Assembly (NCBI RefSeq): GCF_049243625.1
Contig: NZ_CP046975.1
Direction: 5' to 3' (one strand)
Length of the DNA: 32,000 bases
DNA from: Corynebacterium amycolatum
Lineage (GTDB): Bacteria; Actinomycetota; Actinomycetes; Mycobacteriales; Mycobacteriaceae
Shown here: positions 1 through 9,751 of the stretch, piece after piece
Layout of the letters: each line of letters starts with the position of its first letter
How positions within the stretch are numbered: the first letter of the stretch is position 1
The notes under the pieces: generated by a model
What the model was told of the DNA's origin: nothing
The model's input: the letters and a program-made list of their open reading frames with translations, nothing else
Databases searched by the model: none
Translations under genes and position numbers: made by a program

Positions 1-845
1 GCCACACGCACTGCGTCGAGGTTGTCGGCCACATTGTGAACTCGAACCGCCCATGCGCCCGCCGCTGCGGACAGCGCGGAAATTGCGGTAGTCGCGGCAT
101 CAGCCTGCTTTGGTGCGCGTACCTCACTGCCAACGGCGGCGACGAAACGCTTGCGGGAAGCACCGACCAACACGGGGAAACCGAGGTCAATAAGCTCCGG
201 CAGGTCGTGGAGGAGCGCCCAATTGTCATCGGCATTTTTGGCAAAGCCCAGGCCTGGGTCGAGGACAATATTTTCCTCGACGATTCCGGCGCCCATGGCA
301 CCGTCGACAAGCTGAAGCAGGTGCTCACGGACATCGGCGACAATGCCGTCCGGGTGAGTTTCGGCGCGCCCAGAAGCGGAGCCGAAGCGATCGGTCTTCC
401 AGTGCATCAGACAGATGGGCACATCGGCATCGGCGCAGACTGCGTACATGTTGGGGTCTGCGAGACCGCCGGAGACATCGTTGATGAATACCGCACCCTC
501 GGCGATTGCTGCCTCTGCGACACTTGCGCGCATTGTATCGACGCTGATCAGGTGCCCGTCTGCCGCGAGCTCGCGGACCACCGGCACGACCCGGGCAATT
601 TCCTCATCCTCGGAAACGCGGTGTGCGCCAGGGCGAGTGGACTCGCCACCGATGTCGAGAATATGTGCGCCTTCAGCGAGGAGCTCGTGCGCATGGGCAA
701 TCGCCGCGTCGAAGGTCTTGTACAGGCCGCCATCGGAAAAGCTGTCCTCGGTGACGTTGACAATGCCCATCACCTTGCAGAGCTGATTCTCGACACCCAT
801 CTCCGCCTGCTGTCCTGCCTGCGCTTGCAAGGGGGATTCAGTCAC
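1..845 (-). CDS. folP: Dihydropteroate synthase; 3' end cut by the window edge (about 281 codons present)
   Basis: Absent from the ORF track because it runs off the left edge. Reverse-strand translation from GTG at 845 (in-frame alternative ATG at 800) gives VMGIVNVTEDSFSDGG, ILDIGGESTRPGA, ISVDTMRA and FINDVSGG, which are classic DHPS motifs. It lies directly downstream of folE. Confidence 0.85.
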   Translation of the reverse strand, partial: MTESPLQAQAGQQAEMGVENQLCKVMGIVNVTEDSFSDGGLYKTFDAAIAHAHELLAEGAHILDIGGESTRPGAHRVSEDEEIARVVPVVRELAADGHLISVDTMRASVAEAAIAEGAVFINDVSGGLADPNMYAVCADADVPICLMHWKTDRFGSASGRAETHPDGIVADVREHLLQLVDGAMGAGIVEENIVLDPGLGFAKNADDNWALLHDLPELIDLGFPVLVGASRKRFVAAVGSEVRAPKQADAATTAISALSAAAGAWAVRVHNVADNLDAVRV

Positions 846-886
846 CTTGTTGTCCAGCCTTTCCAATCGACCATTTAACTGTTGCG

Positions 887-1462
887 TTAGCTCTTGCGGA
901 TCAGCGCCATTGCCTCTGCGCGCGAACGGGCATCCGTCTTGAAGCCACCGCGGACGGCTGATGTCACCGTGCGCGCACCCGGCTTGCGGATACCGCGCAT
1001 GGCCATGCAGAGATGCTCCGCTTCAATAACGACAATCGCCGAGGCCGGATCCAGCCGCTCCACCAAGGCATCCGCAACCTGACTGGTCAGCCGCTCCTGC
1101 ACCTGCGGGCGCTTCGCATAGCCATCGACCAGACGAGCGAGCTTGGACAGACCCGTCACACGACCGTCCTTGCCCGGAATGTAACCAATGTGGGCAACGC
1201 CAAAGAACGGCACCAAGTGATGCTCACAGGTGGAGTAAATCGGGATGTCCTTGACCAAAACGAGTTCCTGGTGATCCTCGTTGAAGGTCTTCGCCAGCAC
1301 CCCAGACGGATCTTCAAACAGGCCCGCGAAAACCTCGCGGTAGGCTCGCGCCACTCGCGCCGGTGTCTCCTTCAGGCCTTCCCTGTCGGGATCCTCACCG
1401 ACGGCAATCAACAGTTCACGAACCGCAGCCTCGGCTCGCTCCTGATCGAATTCGCGCTCCAT
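887..1462 (-). CDS. folE: GTP cyclohydrolase I
   Basis: 191 aa. Contains [14 protein letters not shown] and [12 protein letters not shown] (the zinc-binding CEHH motif). Sits between ftsH and folP. Confidence 0.95.
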   Translation of the reverse strand: MEREFDQERAEAAVRELLIAVGEDPDREGLKETPARVARAYREVFAGLFEDPSGVLAKTFNEDHQELVLVKDIPIYSTCEHHLVPFFGVAHIGYIPGKDGRVTGLSKLARLVDGYAKRPQVQERLTSQVADALVERLDPASAIVVIEAEHLCMAMRGIRKPGARTVTSAVRGGFKTDARSRAEAMALIRKS

Positions 1463-1471
1463 GATGTGTAC

Positions 1472-4144
1472 TTATCGCTCCTCGTTGGTGTCCGGCTTGT
1501 CCTGCCAGGCGCTGTTGTCTTCGTTTCGCTTGACGACGCTGTCTTTATCCGAATCGTGCATCTGTGCACCCTTGTCATCGGAGTTGTCGGCGTTCTTCGC
1601 GTTTTCCGAACGTTCTGTGTGTTCCGGCTGCTCGTTATCCGGCAGGCGGAATCCGCGCAGTTCCTGCTGCTGTCCCGCCGACGGCATCACCGTAGTCGGG
1701 GTGGCATCGCTACCAGAGTTTTCCTGGTGGTGACGTCCACCCTGCCTGTCCCACGGCATCTTCGGAGGGGCAGGGATATTCGCGGGGCCGTTGCCACCGT
1801 CGCTACCAATACCGGTTGCCTTCGAGCCGAAGTCCGGGGAGCCTGCCGGGTAGTTAGCAGTGCCCGGGTGCTGGCCACGCGCGTTGCCCTGGCCATCCTG
1901 CGAACCCGGCTGGCTCTGCCCCTCCGGGCGAGGAGCCGGTGCCGGTGCCGGTGCGGCAGCCGAACCGTGCGTGCTGCCGGTATCCTTCGGCGGCCAACCT
2001 GGTGCGGTCCAACCAGCCGGCGGTGGGGTGCCACCGTAAACCGGAACATTTGGTCGGTCCTGCTGAGTGCCTGGCAGACCCGGAGCACTAGCATTACCGG
2101 CACCAGCGGAGCCTGCCGCCCCCTGACCATTGCCGTTGTTGCCCGCGTCCTGGTTCTCCGGTTCGCGGCGACGCACCGGCGCGAAGATGTTGACACGCTT
2201 CGGCGGTTCCTCACCGCGCTCGATTGCCAACTCCACCGGTGTCTTCACCGGTTCGCGGCCATCGGCCGGGTGTTTGGTGTCCCTATCGAAGAAGTTCAGA
2301 CGCTCACGCGGAACGACATCGGTGAAGATGACTTCCAGATCCGGACGACGTAGGGTCTCCTTCTCCAGCAGTTTCTCAGCCAGAACATCGAGAGTGTCGC
2401 GGTTTTCCTTCAAGATGGCGTAGGCCTCGTCATGAGCCTTATTGATCAGCAAACGAACCTGCTGATCAATGGTTGCTGCCACCTCCGGGGAGTAGTCCAG
2501 AGAGCCGCTGCCACCGCGGCCGACGAACGGGTCGCCCTGCTCCTCCCCGTATTTCACCGGGCCGAGCTCCGGCGACATTCCGTACTCGGTCACCATCGCG
2601 CGAGCAATCTTGGTGGCCTGCTCAATATCGGCAGAAGCACCGGTAGTCGGCAGCCCGAAGACCAGCTCCTCGGCAGCGCGACCACCCATGGCGAAGACCA
2701 GACGAGCAAAAAGCTCTGGCAGGTTATACATGCCCTTGTCGTCCTCGGGGACGGTCAACGCATGGCCACCAGTGCGACCGCGAGCCAAGATGGTGACCTT
2801 GTAAACACGCTCGATGTCCTTCAGCGCCCACGCAGCCAGGGTGTGACCACCCTCGTGGTAGGCGGTGACCTTCTTCTCCTGCTCGGAGATTACCTTGGAG
2901 GTACGGCGCGGACCACCGATAACTCGGTCGACTGCTTCTTCCAGCGCATCCGCAGTAATGATATTGCCGTTGACGCGAGCGGTCAGCAGCGCAGCTTCAT
3001 TCAGCACGTTCTGCAGATCAGCACCGCTCATACCGGCGGTGCGCTTGGCCAGCGACGTCAGATCCGCGTCCGGCCCCAGCGGCTTGTTCCGAGCGTGGAC
3101 CTTCAGAATTGCCTCGCGGCCCTTCAGGTCTGGTGCACCCACCGGAATCTGTCGGTCAAAACGGCCCGGGCGCAGCAGCGCCGGGTCGAGAATATCCGGA
3201 CGGTTGGTCGCAGCCATGATGATCACACCTTGACGATCACCAAAACCATCCATTTCCACCAGCAGCTGGTTCAGGGTTTGCTCACGCTCATCATGGCCGC
3301 CGCCCATACCGGCACCACGCTGGCGACCGACGGCGTCAATCTCGTCGATGAAGATAATGCACGGGCTGTTTTCCTTGGCCTGATTAAACAAGTCACGGAC
3401 ACGAGAGGCACCGACACCGACGAACATTTCGACGAAGTCCGAACCCGAGATGGTGTAGAAAGGCACTCCTGCCTCACCAGCGACGGCGCGAGCGAGCAAG
3501 GTCTTACCGGTACCGGGAGGCCCGTAGAGCAGGACACCACGCGGAATCTTGGCGCCGAGCTCCTCATAGCGAGCTGGGTGCTGCAGGAAATCCCTAATCT
3601 CGTCGAGCTCCTGGACGGCCTCATCGGCACCAGCAACATCCTCGAACGTATTGGTCGGGGTCTCCTTGTTCAGCAGCTTGGCGCGGTTGCCACCAAAGCC
3701 GAACATGCCGTTCTTGCCGCCTTGCATGCGGCTGAAGAAGTACATGATGACGAAGAAGAAGATCACCATCGGCAGCAGGAAGCCCAAGGTGGACATCAGG
3801 AAGGAATCCTGCGTGACCTTGGTATTGAACTTCTCCATGCCCTTGGCGGCAGCGACCTTGTCAAAGACCTGGTCGGTCGCACGCGCTGGATACTTGGTCA
3901 TCACCTTCGTGACGTCCTCAGTACCGTCGACCTCCACGCCCTTCTTCAGGGTGAGGCGAATTCGCTGTTCGCGATCGTCAATCTGAGCTTCCGTGACATT
4001 GCTCTTATCCAATTGGGTCAGGGCAACGGACGTATCCACCTCGCGGTATTCCCGGGAATCATCCGCCAGCTGAGTAATAACAAAGAGGATAATCAGGATG
4101 ATGCCGGCAACGGTGGCAAACCGGAACACCTTTTTCTTGTCCAT
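1472..4144 (-). CDS. ftsH: ATP-dependent zinc metalloprotease FtsH with a roughly 250-aa low-complexity C-terminal tail
   Basis: 890 aa. N-terminal TM helices, Walker [19 protein letters not shown], second region of homology, and zinc site HEGGH. After about aa 640 the sequence is Pro/Gly/Gln/Asp-rich ([16 protein letters not shown]...). Confidence 0.97.
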   Translation of the reverse strand: MDKKKVFRFATVAGIILIILFVITQLADDSREYREVDTSVALTQLDKSNVTEAQIDDREQRIRLTLKKGVEVDGTEDVTKVMTKYPARATDQVFDKVAAAKGMEKFNTKVTQDSFLMSTLGFLLPMVIFFFVIMYFFSRMQGGKNGMFGFGGNRAKLLNKETPTNTFEDVAGADEAVQELDEIRDFLQHPARYEELGAKIPRGVLLYGPPGTGKTLLARAVAGEAGVPFYTISGSDFVEMFVGVGASRVRDLFNQAKENSPCIIFIDEIDAVGRQRGAGMGGGHDEREQTLNQLLVEMDGFGDRQGVIIMAATNRPDILDPALLRPGRFDRQIPVGAPDLKGREAILKVHARNKPLGPDADLTSLAKRTAGMSGADLQNVLNEAALLTARVNGNIITADALEEAVDRVIGGPRRTSKVISEQEKKVTAYHEGGHTLAAWALKDIERVYKVTILARGRTGGHALTVPEDDKGMYNLPELFARLVFAMGGRAAEELVFGLPTTGASADIEQATKIARAMVTEYGMSPELGPVKYGEEQGDPFVGRGGSGSLDYSPEVAATIDQQVRLLINKAHDEAYAILKENRDTLDVLAEKLLEKETLRRPDLEVIFTDVVPRERLNFFDRDTKHPADGREPVKTPVELAIERGEEPPKRVNIFAPVRRREPENQDAGNNGNGQGAAGSAGAGNASAPGLPGTQQDRPNVPVYGGTPPPAGWTAPGWPPKDTGSTHGSAAAPAPAPAPRPEGQSQPGSQDGQGNARGQHPGTANYPAGSPDFGSKATGIGSDGGNGPANIPAPPKMPWDRQGGRHHQENSGSDATPTTVMPSAGQQQELRGFRLPDNEQPEHTERSENAKNADNSDDKGAQMHDSDKDSVVKRNEDNSAWQDKPDTNEER

Positions 4145-4192
4145 ACAGTGGGTTCGCTTTTCGCTCTCTACATCTATTAGTTGCTTTTATTA

Positions 4193-4198
4193 ATTGTA
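4193..4198 (-). promoter_or_regulatory. Candidate -10 hexamer (TACAAT on the minus strand) for ftsH
   Basis: Minus strand reads ...TTGATGCGTACAATTAATAAAAGC... about 50 nt upstream of the ftsH ATG, in an AT-rich spacer. Motif match only. Confidence 0.3.
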
Positions 4199-4324
4199 CG
4201 CATCAACGAGTTCTTCTCGAAGACACATCAATGACACAACATGGGGCCAGGGCTCATGGCACCTGACCCCACAGTAGGCATAACGCATCGCAACCGAAAA
4301 AAGTTTCCAACTCCTACTATTCAT

Positions 4325-4345
4325 AGCTAGAACACAGCTAGAACA
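4325..4345. repeat. 10-bp direct repeat AGCTAGAACA x2 with a 1-nt spacer
   Basis: AGCTAGAACA occurs at 4325-4334 and 4336-4345, read directly. Lies between the hpt stop and the ftsH promoter region. Confidence 0.9.
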
Positions 4346-4413
4346 GCGTGAGGGTGCGCGCGCAATGCCCGTCGTAAAGCATCGGCACTGTGCAGTAAGT
4401 GCCGAAGATTGAC

Positions 4414-4998
4414 CTAGTTCTGATAAACGCGCGGGTGCAGCGTGCCGACGTACGGCAGGTCGCGGTAGCGCTCGGCGTAATCCAGGCCGTAACCGATGAC
4501 GAACTCGTTCGGAATATCGAAGCCAACATCCGCAACGTCCAGTTTGGTGCGCACAGCCTCCGGCTTACGCAGCAGCGTAATGACCTCCAGGGAGCGCGGA
4601 TTACGGTTGCGCAGGTTCTTCATCAACCAGGACAGGGTCAGACCAGAGTCAATGATGTCCTCAACGATCACGACATCGCGTCCCTCAATATCGCGATCCA
4701 GATCCTTCAAAATACGCACCACGCCTGACGACGAGCTGGAGTTTCCGTAACTGGAAACCGCCATAAACTCCATCTGGCTGGGAATGCTGAGCTGACGGGC
4801 GAAGTCAGTCAGGAAGAACACCGCGCCCTTGAGCACTGCGACCAGAATCAGATCGCTGTCGGCATCTTTGTACTTCTCATTCACACGATGCGCCATCTCG
4901 GCAATGCGAGCATGCAGCTCCTCTTCGCCAATGAGAACTGCCTCTACCTCATCGCCGTAGGGGTTTGCGGGGACGTTGAAATCCTTCACATCATGCAT
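4414..4998 (-). CDS. hpt: Hypoxanthine-guanine phosphoribosyltransferase
   Basis: PRPP-binding motif [15 protein letters not shown] prefer the ATG at 4998 (MHDVKDF...) because GGAAAGGAA lies 6-8 nt upstream. The track ORF begins at GTG 5016, 6 codons further upstream. Confidence 0.93.
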   Translation of the reverse strand: MHDVKDFNVPANPYGDEVEAVLIGEEELHARIAEMAHRVNEKYKDADSDLILVAVLKGAVFFLTDFARQLSIPSQMEFMAVSSYGNSSSSSGVVRILKDLDRDIEGRDVVIVEDIIDSGLTLSWLMKNLRNRNPRSLEVITLLRKPEAVRTKLDVADVGFDIPNEFVIGYGLDYAERYRDLPYVGTLHPRVYQN

Positions 4999-5120
4999 CG
5001 CATTTCCTTTCCGCACTTCTATGGCGGCGTGTCGATGGAGCGTAACTGCCCCAGTGCAAGTTCAGGGTTAAGGCAACCGATAGTTCTCAGCCGCCGGAAG
5101 TTGGATTGCGGCACCTTTTC

Positions 5121-6206
5121 TTAAGACACCGCAGGACGATTCATTACCAATTGTAGAGTGCCATCTTTTCGCTCAACGACCAACCTGGCATTTCTGTCAG
5201 CACCATCGCGCCCGCGGGTCACCGGCACTTCCCCCTGGCCGTGATAGCGGTGCACGAGCGCCATAACCATGTCGATCTGTTTACTGCTGGGCTCGGCACC
5301 CGCTTGCCTCAACCAACGAGCGAGGACGCGCACCGCGATGGCGTCGTCAAGCTCAGCGACCCCTCGCACAGACAGGCTCCCGCTTGCCGACGTCACTTCC
5401 TCCCCCAGCAGCGCATCCAGAGCCGACTCGGCGTGAGCGTCCAAAAAGTCATTGTCGACTGCTGCAATCCCCGCAGTCTTAGCGAGATTTTCCGCAACTC
5501 CCGGACCCAGCTCCTGCTCCAGCAGCGGCAAAATCGTCTTTCGAACCCGGACACGGGCGTAATGGTCGTCCTGATTGTGTGGGTCGTGCCAGACTTTTAG
5601 GCCCAGCTCTTCACAGCAGCGCTGAGTGTCGGTGCGTCGCACACCGAGCAGCGGACGCAGAATCCGAGTCCCGTCCGACCACGTGAGATTGTCTCTGATA
5701 GCGGACAGCGCCTGCGGGCCGCCCCCTCTGGCCAGCCGCAGCAAAACTGTTTCCGCCTGGTCGTCCAACGTGTGGGCGAGCATCAGTGCCGCACCTCGAG
5801 ATTGGGCAATCTGCCGTAGGACTCGGTGTCGAGCCAAACGCGCCTCGTATTCGGGACCGCGGTCGGAATCGTTATTGATATCGACCGCGATAACCTCGGC
5901 CGTAGCCCCCATCCCCCGAGCCATGGTGGCGGCACGCTCGGCGACTTCTGCAGAGCCCTGCTGAAGCTGATGATCAACGACGACGGCGTGAACGTTGCGG
6001 CCGGCCAGTGCCCCCTTGGACCCGAAAGCTTCCGCACAGGCCCCGGCGGTCAGGGCGAGCGAATCCGCACCGCCGGAAAGCCCAATGACGATACCGCTGC
6101 CCAACTCCTGCCCCACCTGCGGCACTATCGCGCGAACAGCTTGCCGAATGATGAGGAAATGAGGGCTGCGGTCCGGCCAAAAAGGTCTAGCCAACGCGCC
6201 CACCAC
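5121..6206 (-). CDS. tilS: tRNA(Ile)-lysidine synthase
   Basis: PP-loop motif GLSGGADSLAL. Position between the amidase gene and hpt matches the mesJ-hpt-ftsH order. The start is uncertain (GTG 6206 or 6203, or TTG 6194); all three overlap the end of the upstream amidase gene. Confidence 0.88.
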   Translation of the reverse strand: MVGALARPFWPDRSPHFLIIRQAVRAIVPQVGQELGSGIVIGLSGGADSLALTAGACAEAFGSKGALAGRNVHAVVVDHQLQQGSAEVAERAATMARGMGATAEVIAVDINNDSDRGPEYEARLARHRVLRQIAQSRGAALMLAHTLDDQAETVLLRLARGGGPQALSAIRDNLTWSDGTRILRPLLGVRRTDTQRCCEELGLKVWHDPHNQDDHYARVRVRKTILPLLEQELGPGVAENLAKTAGIAAVDNDFLDAHAESALDALLGEEVTSASGSLSVRGVAELDDAIAVRVLARWLRQAGAEPSSKQIDMVMALVHRYHGQGEVPVTRGRDGADRNARLVVERKDGTLQLVMNRPAVS

Positions 6207-7467
6207 TTGCGATGGTTTCCATCGCTGTAAGCAGAATTCGCTCCTGAGTCGGGCGCGCGATTAGCTGCACCGGCAATCCAGAAGTCGGCTCCACAACGAT
6301 GCCGGCCGGGAATCCCAGGTAATTCCACGTCGAAACGTAAGGGGTGAAGCGCAGATTGGACAACAGGTTCACAATCCAGGGCATGCGATGCCATGCGCGG
6401 ATCCGCGGTGGATTCTTGGCCAGAGCCGGAGTAATCAAGATGGTGTCACCCGGCAGCTCACGCTCGATGCGGGCGCCATCGCGTGCCACTTGGCGGCCAT
6501 TGATTGTGAAACGCAGCAAGCGCCCAATGCCAGCGTGGACTCGGTTGCGCCACTCCAGGTGATCCGGGCACGGCTCGTCACGAAGCTGATCTGCCACCCC
6601 CGCAGTCCAGCGCGCGAGCATCGGCAGCGGGTTCAGCGAGTACGGCATGTTCTTTTCCGTGACGGCAAAGCCCTTGTCCGCGAATACTCTCGCCGCCTGT
6701 TGCGCCGCATCGACGTACTCCGGTGCAGCCTTTAACCCGAATACGGGCGCAGTGGTGTCCACGCTGACGGCGAAGTTTTCAGGCAGGGTCTTCGCCGGAT
6801 CCTCCGCATCCACCATGCCATTTGTGAGGATCTTGGTAATCAGGCGCAAGTCCTCGTTGTTGACTGTGAGCACCCCTTGGACAGACATTCCGTACCAGTC
6901 ATTGCCGCCCACGCGCCCCGGCATTGTTCCCGGGGTCGCCTTCAGGGTCGAAAGCCCGCAGCACGCTGCAGGGATACGCAGCGACCCCATGCCGTCGTTG
7001 CCCTGCGCAAACGGAACCATCCCAGCGGCGACAGCCGCTGCGGATCCGCCGGAGGACCCACCCGGAGTGTGCCCCGGCAGAATCGGATTATCGACGGCCA
7101 GCCCCGGCAGCGTCGTCGTCCCCCACGTACAGAACTGCGGATTCACCGTAGTTCCCACCGCGATTGCACCGGCGCTAGTCAACTGCTGGACAAACGGGTT
7201 CTCTAGAGCAGTGTTTTCCTTCAGCGCGAATGGCACACCTGCGAGCGGCAACTCCGAGAGGTTCTCGCTGTGCTCGAGTTCCCGCGCAACCTGCAGAGCC
7301 CTATCCGCCCACACTTCACGGAAGGCATGAATCCCTCCATCCAGTCTGGCGATAGCGTCGAGACTGCGCTGCACGCTGTCGACCGGGCTTAGCTTTCCCT
7401 CGCGAACCTGCGCGGCAATCTCGTGGACGGTGGGCAAGTTCCTAATCGCGGAAGTGTGAGAGGCCAT
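6187..7467 (-). CDS. Amidase-signature (AS) family amidase, substrate unknown
   Basis: 426 aa. Catalytic Lys context GVPFALKEN, GGSSGGSAAAVAAG (cis-Ser), and GNDGMGSLRIPAA (nucleophile Ser). GAGGAG Shine-Dalgarno about 10 nt upstream of the ATG at 7467. Confidence 0.85.
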   Translation of the reverse strand: MASHTSAIRNLPTVHEIAAQVREGKLSPVDSVQRSLDAIARLDGGIHAFREVWADRALQVARELEHSENLSELPLAGVPFALKENTALENPFVQQLTSAGAIAVGTTVNPQFCTWGTTTLPGLAVDNPILPGHTPGGSSGGSAAAVAAGMVPFAQGNDGMGSLRIPAACCGLSTLKATPGTMPGRVGGNDWYGMSVQGVLTVNNEDLRLITKILTNGMVDAEDPAKTLPENFAVSVDTTAPVFGLKAAPEYVDAAQQAARVFADKGFAVTEKNMPYSLNPLPMLARWTAGVADQLRDEPCPDHLEWRNRVHAGIGRLLRFTINGRQVARDGARIERELPGDTILITPALAKNPPRIRAWHRMPWIVNLLSNLRFTPYVSTWNYLGFPAGIVVEPTSGLPVQLIARPTQERILLTAMETIASGGRVG

Positions 7468-7515
7468 TGCGGATTCATCTCCTCAAATTATTTTCAGTGG
7501 TAAATGAATCTCAGT

Positions 7516-9006
7516 TTAGATATCTGCCAGGGCGCTCGCTGCCTTATCGGACGCAGCTCTTGCCGGCAACAGGCTCGCCTCGTTGGAAATCAGTGCGAAC
7601 GTCAGCACCTGTCCCGACTTCGTCACCACATACCCCGCCAACGCCGAGGCTTTATTCAGCGTGCCTGTCTTCGCACGGACGATGCCCGCCCCGGACTGGC
7701 CGGCAAAGCGCGTCGCCAGAGTGCCGGACACCGCCGCCACCGGCAGGCTATCCAACAGTGGGCGCAACGACGTGCTTTCCGACGACTCCTGTGACTCCCC
7801 CAGTCCCCCCTGCTCGGCCGATTCCACCGGACCCGCGGCGGAATTGAGCACCTCGGAGAGATGCTGCGGAGAAATACGGTTATCCGTGCTCAGGCCGCTG
7901 GAGTCCGACAGCACCGCACCATCGAGAGGAAAACCGTGCTCCGCGAGAGTGTCACGCACGGCACGTGCGGCCCCATCAAAGGTCGGCGGCAGACCGCGAG
8001 AGATAGCCACCTCACGGGCAATGGACTCGGCGAGCACGTTGTCGCTGTAGTTCATCATCTCGTGCACACGGGTAACCAGCGGGGCTGACTGCACGAGCGC
8101 GATGAGGTTTGGATCCAGAGGCAGTGACTGACCATCCTTGGCCGCATCCCTCAGACTGCCTCCGTTTTCCGCACCAAGCGCCTCGGCCAGTGCATCAGCG
8201 GCATCCACAGCCGGCGTGGCGCTGCGCTGCGATTCTTCATTCGTCGGATCGATACGACCGGCGTCCATCATCACCGACTCCACCGGTGCGATGTAGCCGT
8301 CCTCCAGCCCCGCACGCTCCCAGGTCTCGTGGAAACTCTCGGTGAATAGAGAGTTGTCGAGATAGACCTTGCCGACCCCCTCCGGAATGACCACGGAAAT
8401 CTTTTTCGCCAACTCAGCGATTGAAGCCGAATCCTGGAAGAACCCTTCCCCGTCCTTGCTTAAGGTGGGGTCGCCCCCGCCGTGCAAAACGATGTCATTA
8501 GTCCCCGTAACCCGGTAGACGCGAGTGGAAACCCGATGATCTTCACCTAAGTCCAACAGTGCGGCAGACGCGGTGAGAATCTTCATGCTGGACGCCGGCA
8601 AGGCCACCGCGGTGTCATTGATCCCCCACAGTTTCTGGCCGGTCGAAGCATCGCTGACAATTCCATGCAGCTCACCGAAAGCTGGATCAGCCGCAGCAGC
8701 GTCCATGATGGCGCTGACTTTTTGGGCCAGAGTGCCGTCGTCAAGCGAAGACTGCGCAGCCGTCACAGGAGCGGAAACATGACTGACGGCGGGCGGCGCA
8801 TCGACCACAGTCTGACGATTGTTATTGACGACAACCGCTACGCCGCTGCCCGCTGCAATAACGAGAACACCGGCGATGGCACCGCCGATTTTCAGTCCGC
8901 GCGACTTCTTGGATTTGCCGGATTTTACGGAACTGGGCGATTTTGGCGTGCCCTTAGCGGCGGTTTTGGAGCTGTCAGAGTCGGTACTCCCCACGGTCAC
9001 AAACAC
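7516..9006 (-). CDS. dacB: D-alanyl-D-alanine carboxypeptidase/endopeptidase, PBP4 family
   Basis: 496 aa. Basic N-terminus followed by a TM anchor (IGGAIAGVLVIAAGSGVAVVV), SxxK motif (SSMK) and KTG motif (AKTGTL). Alternative start GTG at 9000 has better spacing to GAAGAAGG. Confidence 0.88.
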   Translation of the reverse strand: MFVTVGSTDSDSSKTAAKGTPKSPSSVKSGKSKKSRGLKIGGAIAGVLVIAAGSGVAVVVNNNRQTVVDAPPAVSHVSAPVTAAQSSLDDGTLAQKVSAIMDAAAADPAFGELHGIVSDASTGQKLWGINDTAVALPASSMKILTASAALLDLGEDHRVSTRVYRVTGTNDIVLHGGGDPTLSKDGEGFFQDSASIAELAKKISVVIPEGVGKVYLDNSLFTESFHETWERAGLEDGYIAPVESVMMDAGRIDPTNEESQRSATPAVDAADALAEALGAENGGSLRDAAKDGQSLPLDPNLIALVQSAPLVTRVHEMMNYSDNVLAESIAREVAISRGLPPTFDGAARAVRDTLAEHGFPLDGAVLSDSSGLSTDNRISPQHLSEVLNSAAGPVESAEQGGLGESQESSESTSLRPLLDSLPVAAVSGTLATRFAGQSGAGIVRAKTGTLNKASALAGYVVTKSGQVLTFALISNEASLLPARAASDKAASALADI

Positions 9007-9118
9007 CTTCTTCCTGGAAACAAAACCTCACTTAAGGTGCACAAATAAACGGTTTTGAGCGGGTTTCGCATAAGATAGCCGTCAGAGAAGTGTACACCGA
9101 TTATAAGGAGTCATCGCC

Positions 9119-9592
9119 GTGAGCGTTGAGGTCACTATTGAGATCCCGAAGGGTCAGCGCAACAAGTACGAAGTCGACCATGAGACCGGCAAGGTCTACC
9201 TCGACCGTTACCTGTTCACCCCAATGGCCTACCCGGCCGACTACGGCTTCATCGATGAAACCCTCGGCGAGGATGGCGACCCGTTGGACGCTCTCGTAAT
9301 CCTGCCGGAGCCGGTTTTCCCGGGCGTTATTGTCAAGGCTCGTCCGCTCGGCGTTTTCAAGATGACCGACGAGGCCGGCGGCGACGACAAGCTGCTGTGC
9401 GTCCTGGATGACGTCCGCTTTGACCACTACCAGGACATCGACGATGTCTCCCAGTTCACCAAGGACGAGATTGAGCACTTCTTCGTCCACTACAAGGACC
9501 TGGAGCCGGGCAAGGAAGTTTCCGGTTCGGGCTGGGGCGACAAGGCCGAGGCTGAGCGCATCCTGGCTGAGGCTATCGAACGCCACAAGTAA
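9119..9592 (+). CDS. ppa: Inorganic pyrophosphatase (family I)
   Basis: 157 aa with [21 protein letters not shown] and [17 protein letters not shown] lies 8 nt upstream of the GTG start. Confidence 0.97.
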   Translation: MSVEVTIEIPKGQRNKYEVDHETGKVYLDRYLFTPMAYPADYGFIDETLGEDGDPLDALVILPEPVFPGVIVKARPLGVFKMTDEAGGDDKLLCVLDDVRFDHYQDIDDVSQFTKDEIEHFFVHYKDLEPGKEVSGSGWGDKAEAERILAEAIERHK

Positions 9593-9620
9593 GAGCCACA
9601 GTTAAGAATTGCGCTGACCA

Positions 9621-9633
9621 CCCCCCCCCCCCC
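9621..9633. repeat. Homopolymeric C13 tract (G13 on the minus strand)
   Basis: Thirteen consecutive C counted at 9621-9633. The tract lies between the ppa stop (9592) and the ppa terminator hairpin (9681). Confidence 0.95.
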
Positions 9634-9680
9634 TTCCTGGGGTTCACCCCTTTGACGCAGTTCCTGTGATTCAGCGCTAC

Positions 9681-9712
9681 GGCCGTCGGAGTTTTCCTCC
9701 GGCGGCCTTTGC
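9681..9712 (+). terminator. Putative intrinsic terminator of ppa
   Basis: GGCCGTCGGAG (9681-9691) pairs with CTCCGGCGGCC (9697-9707): 11 bp including one G-U pair. Followed by TTTG. Confidence 0.6.
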
Positions 9713-9738
9713 GCTTCCGGCGATAAGGCCAGATTGCG

Positions 9739-9744
9739 TATAGT
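9739..9744 (+). promoter_or_regulatory. Candidate -10 hexamer TATAGT; leaderless-type promoter for the rhodanese gene
   Basis: TATAGT, then 7 nt (GCGCACT), then ATG at 9752. No Shine-Dalgarno. Three other genes in this window show the same geometry. Confidence 0.4.
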
Positions 9745-9751
9745 GCGCACT

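Noticed and set aside
36-878. 280-aa plus-strand ORF at the left edge
   Set aside because: It is antisense to folP, whose minus-strand translation carries clear DHPS motifs. The plus-frame product has no recognisable motifs and the Arg/Cys/Gly-rich composition typical of high-GC antisense frames.
1013-4180. Long plus-strand ORFs (446 aa at 1013..2353, 582 aa at 2432..4180, and smaller ones)
   Set aside because: They are antisense to folE and ftsH, which have unambiguous motifs. Their sequences are Arg/Leu/Ser-rich with no motifs, as expected when stop codons are rare in GC-rich antisense frames.
9596-9680. 6C-type small RNA because of the C-rich tract
   Set aside because: 6C RNAs have two stem-loops with C-rich loops. 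Here there is a single uninterrupted C13 run with no convincing pair of flanking stems.
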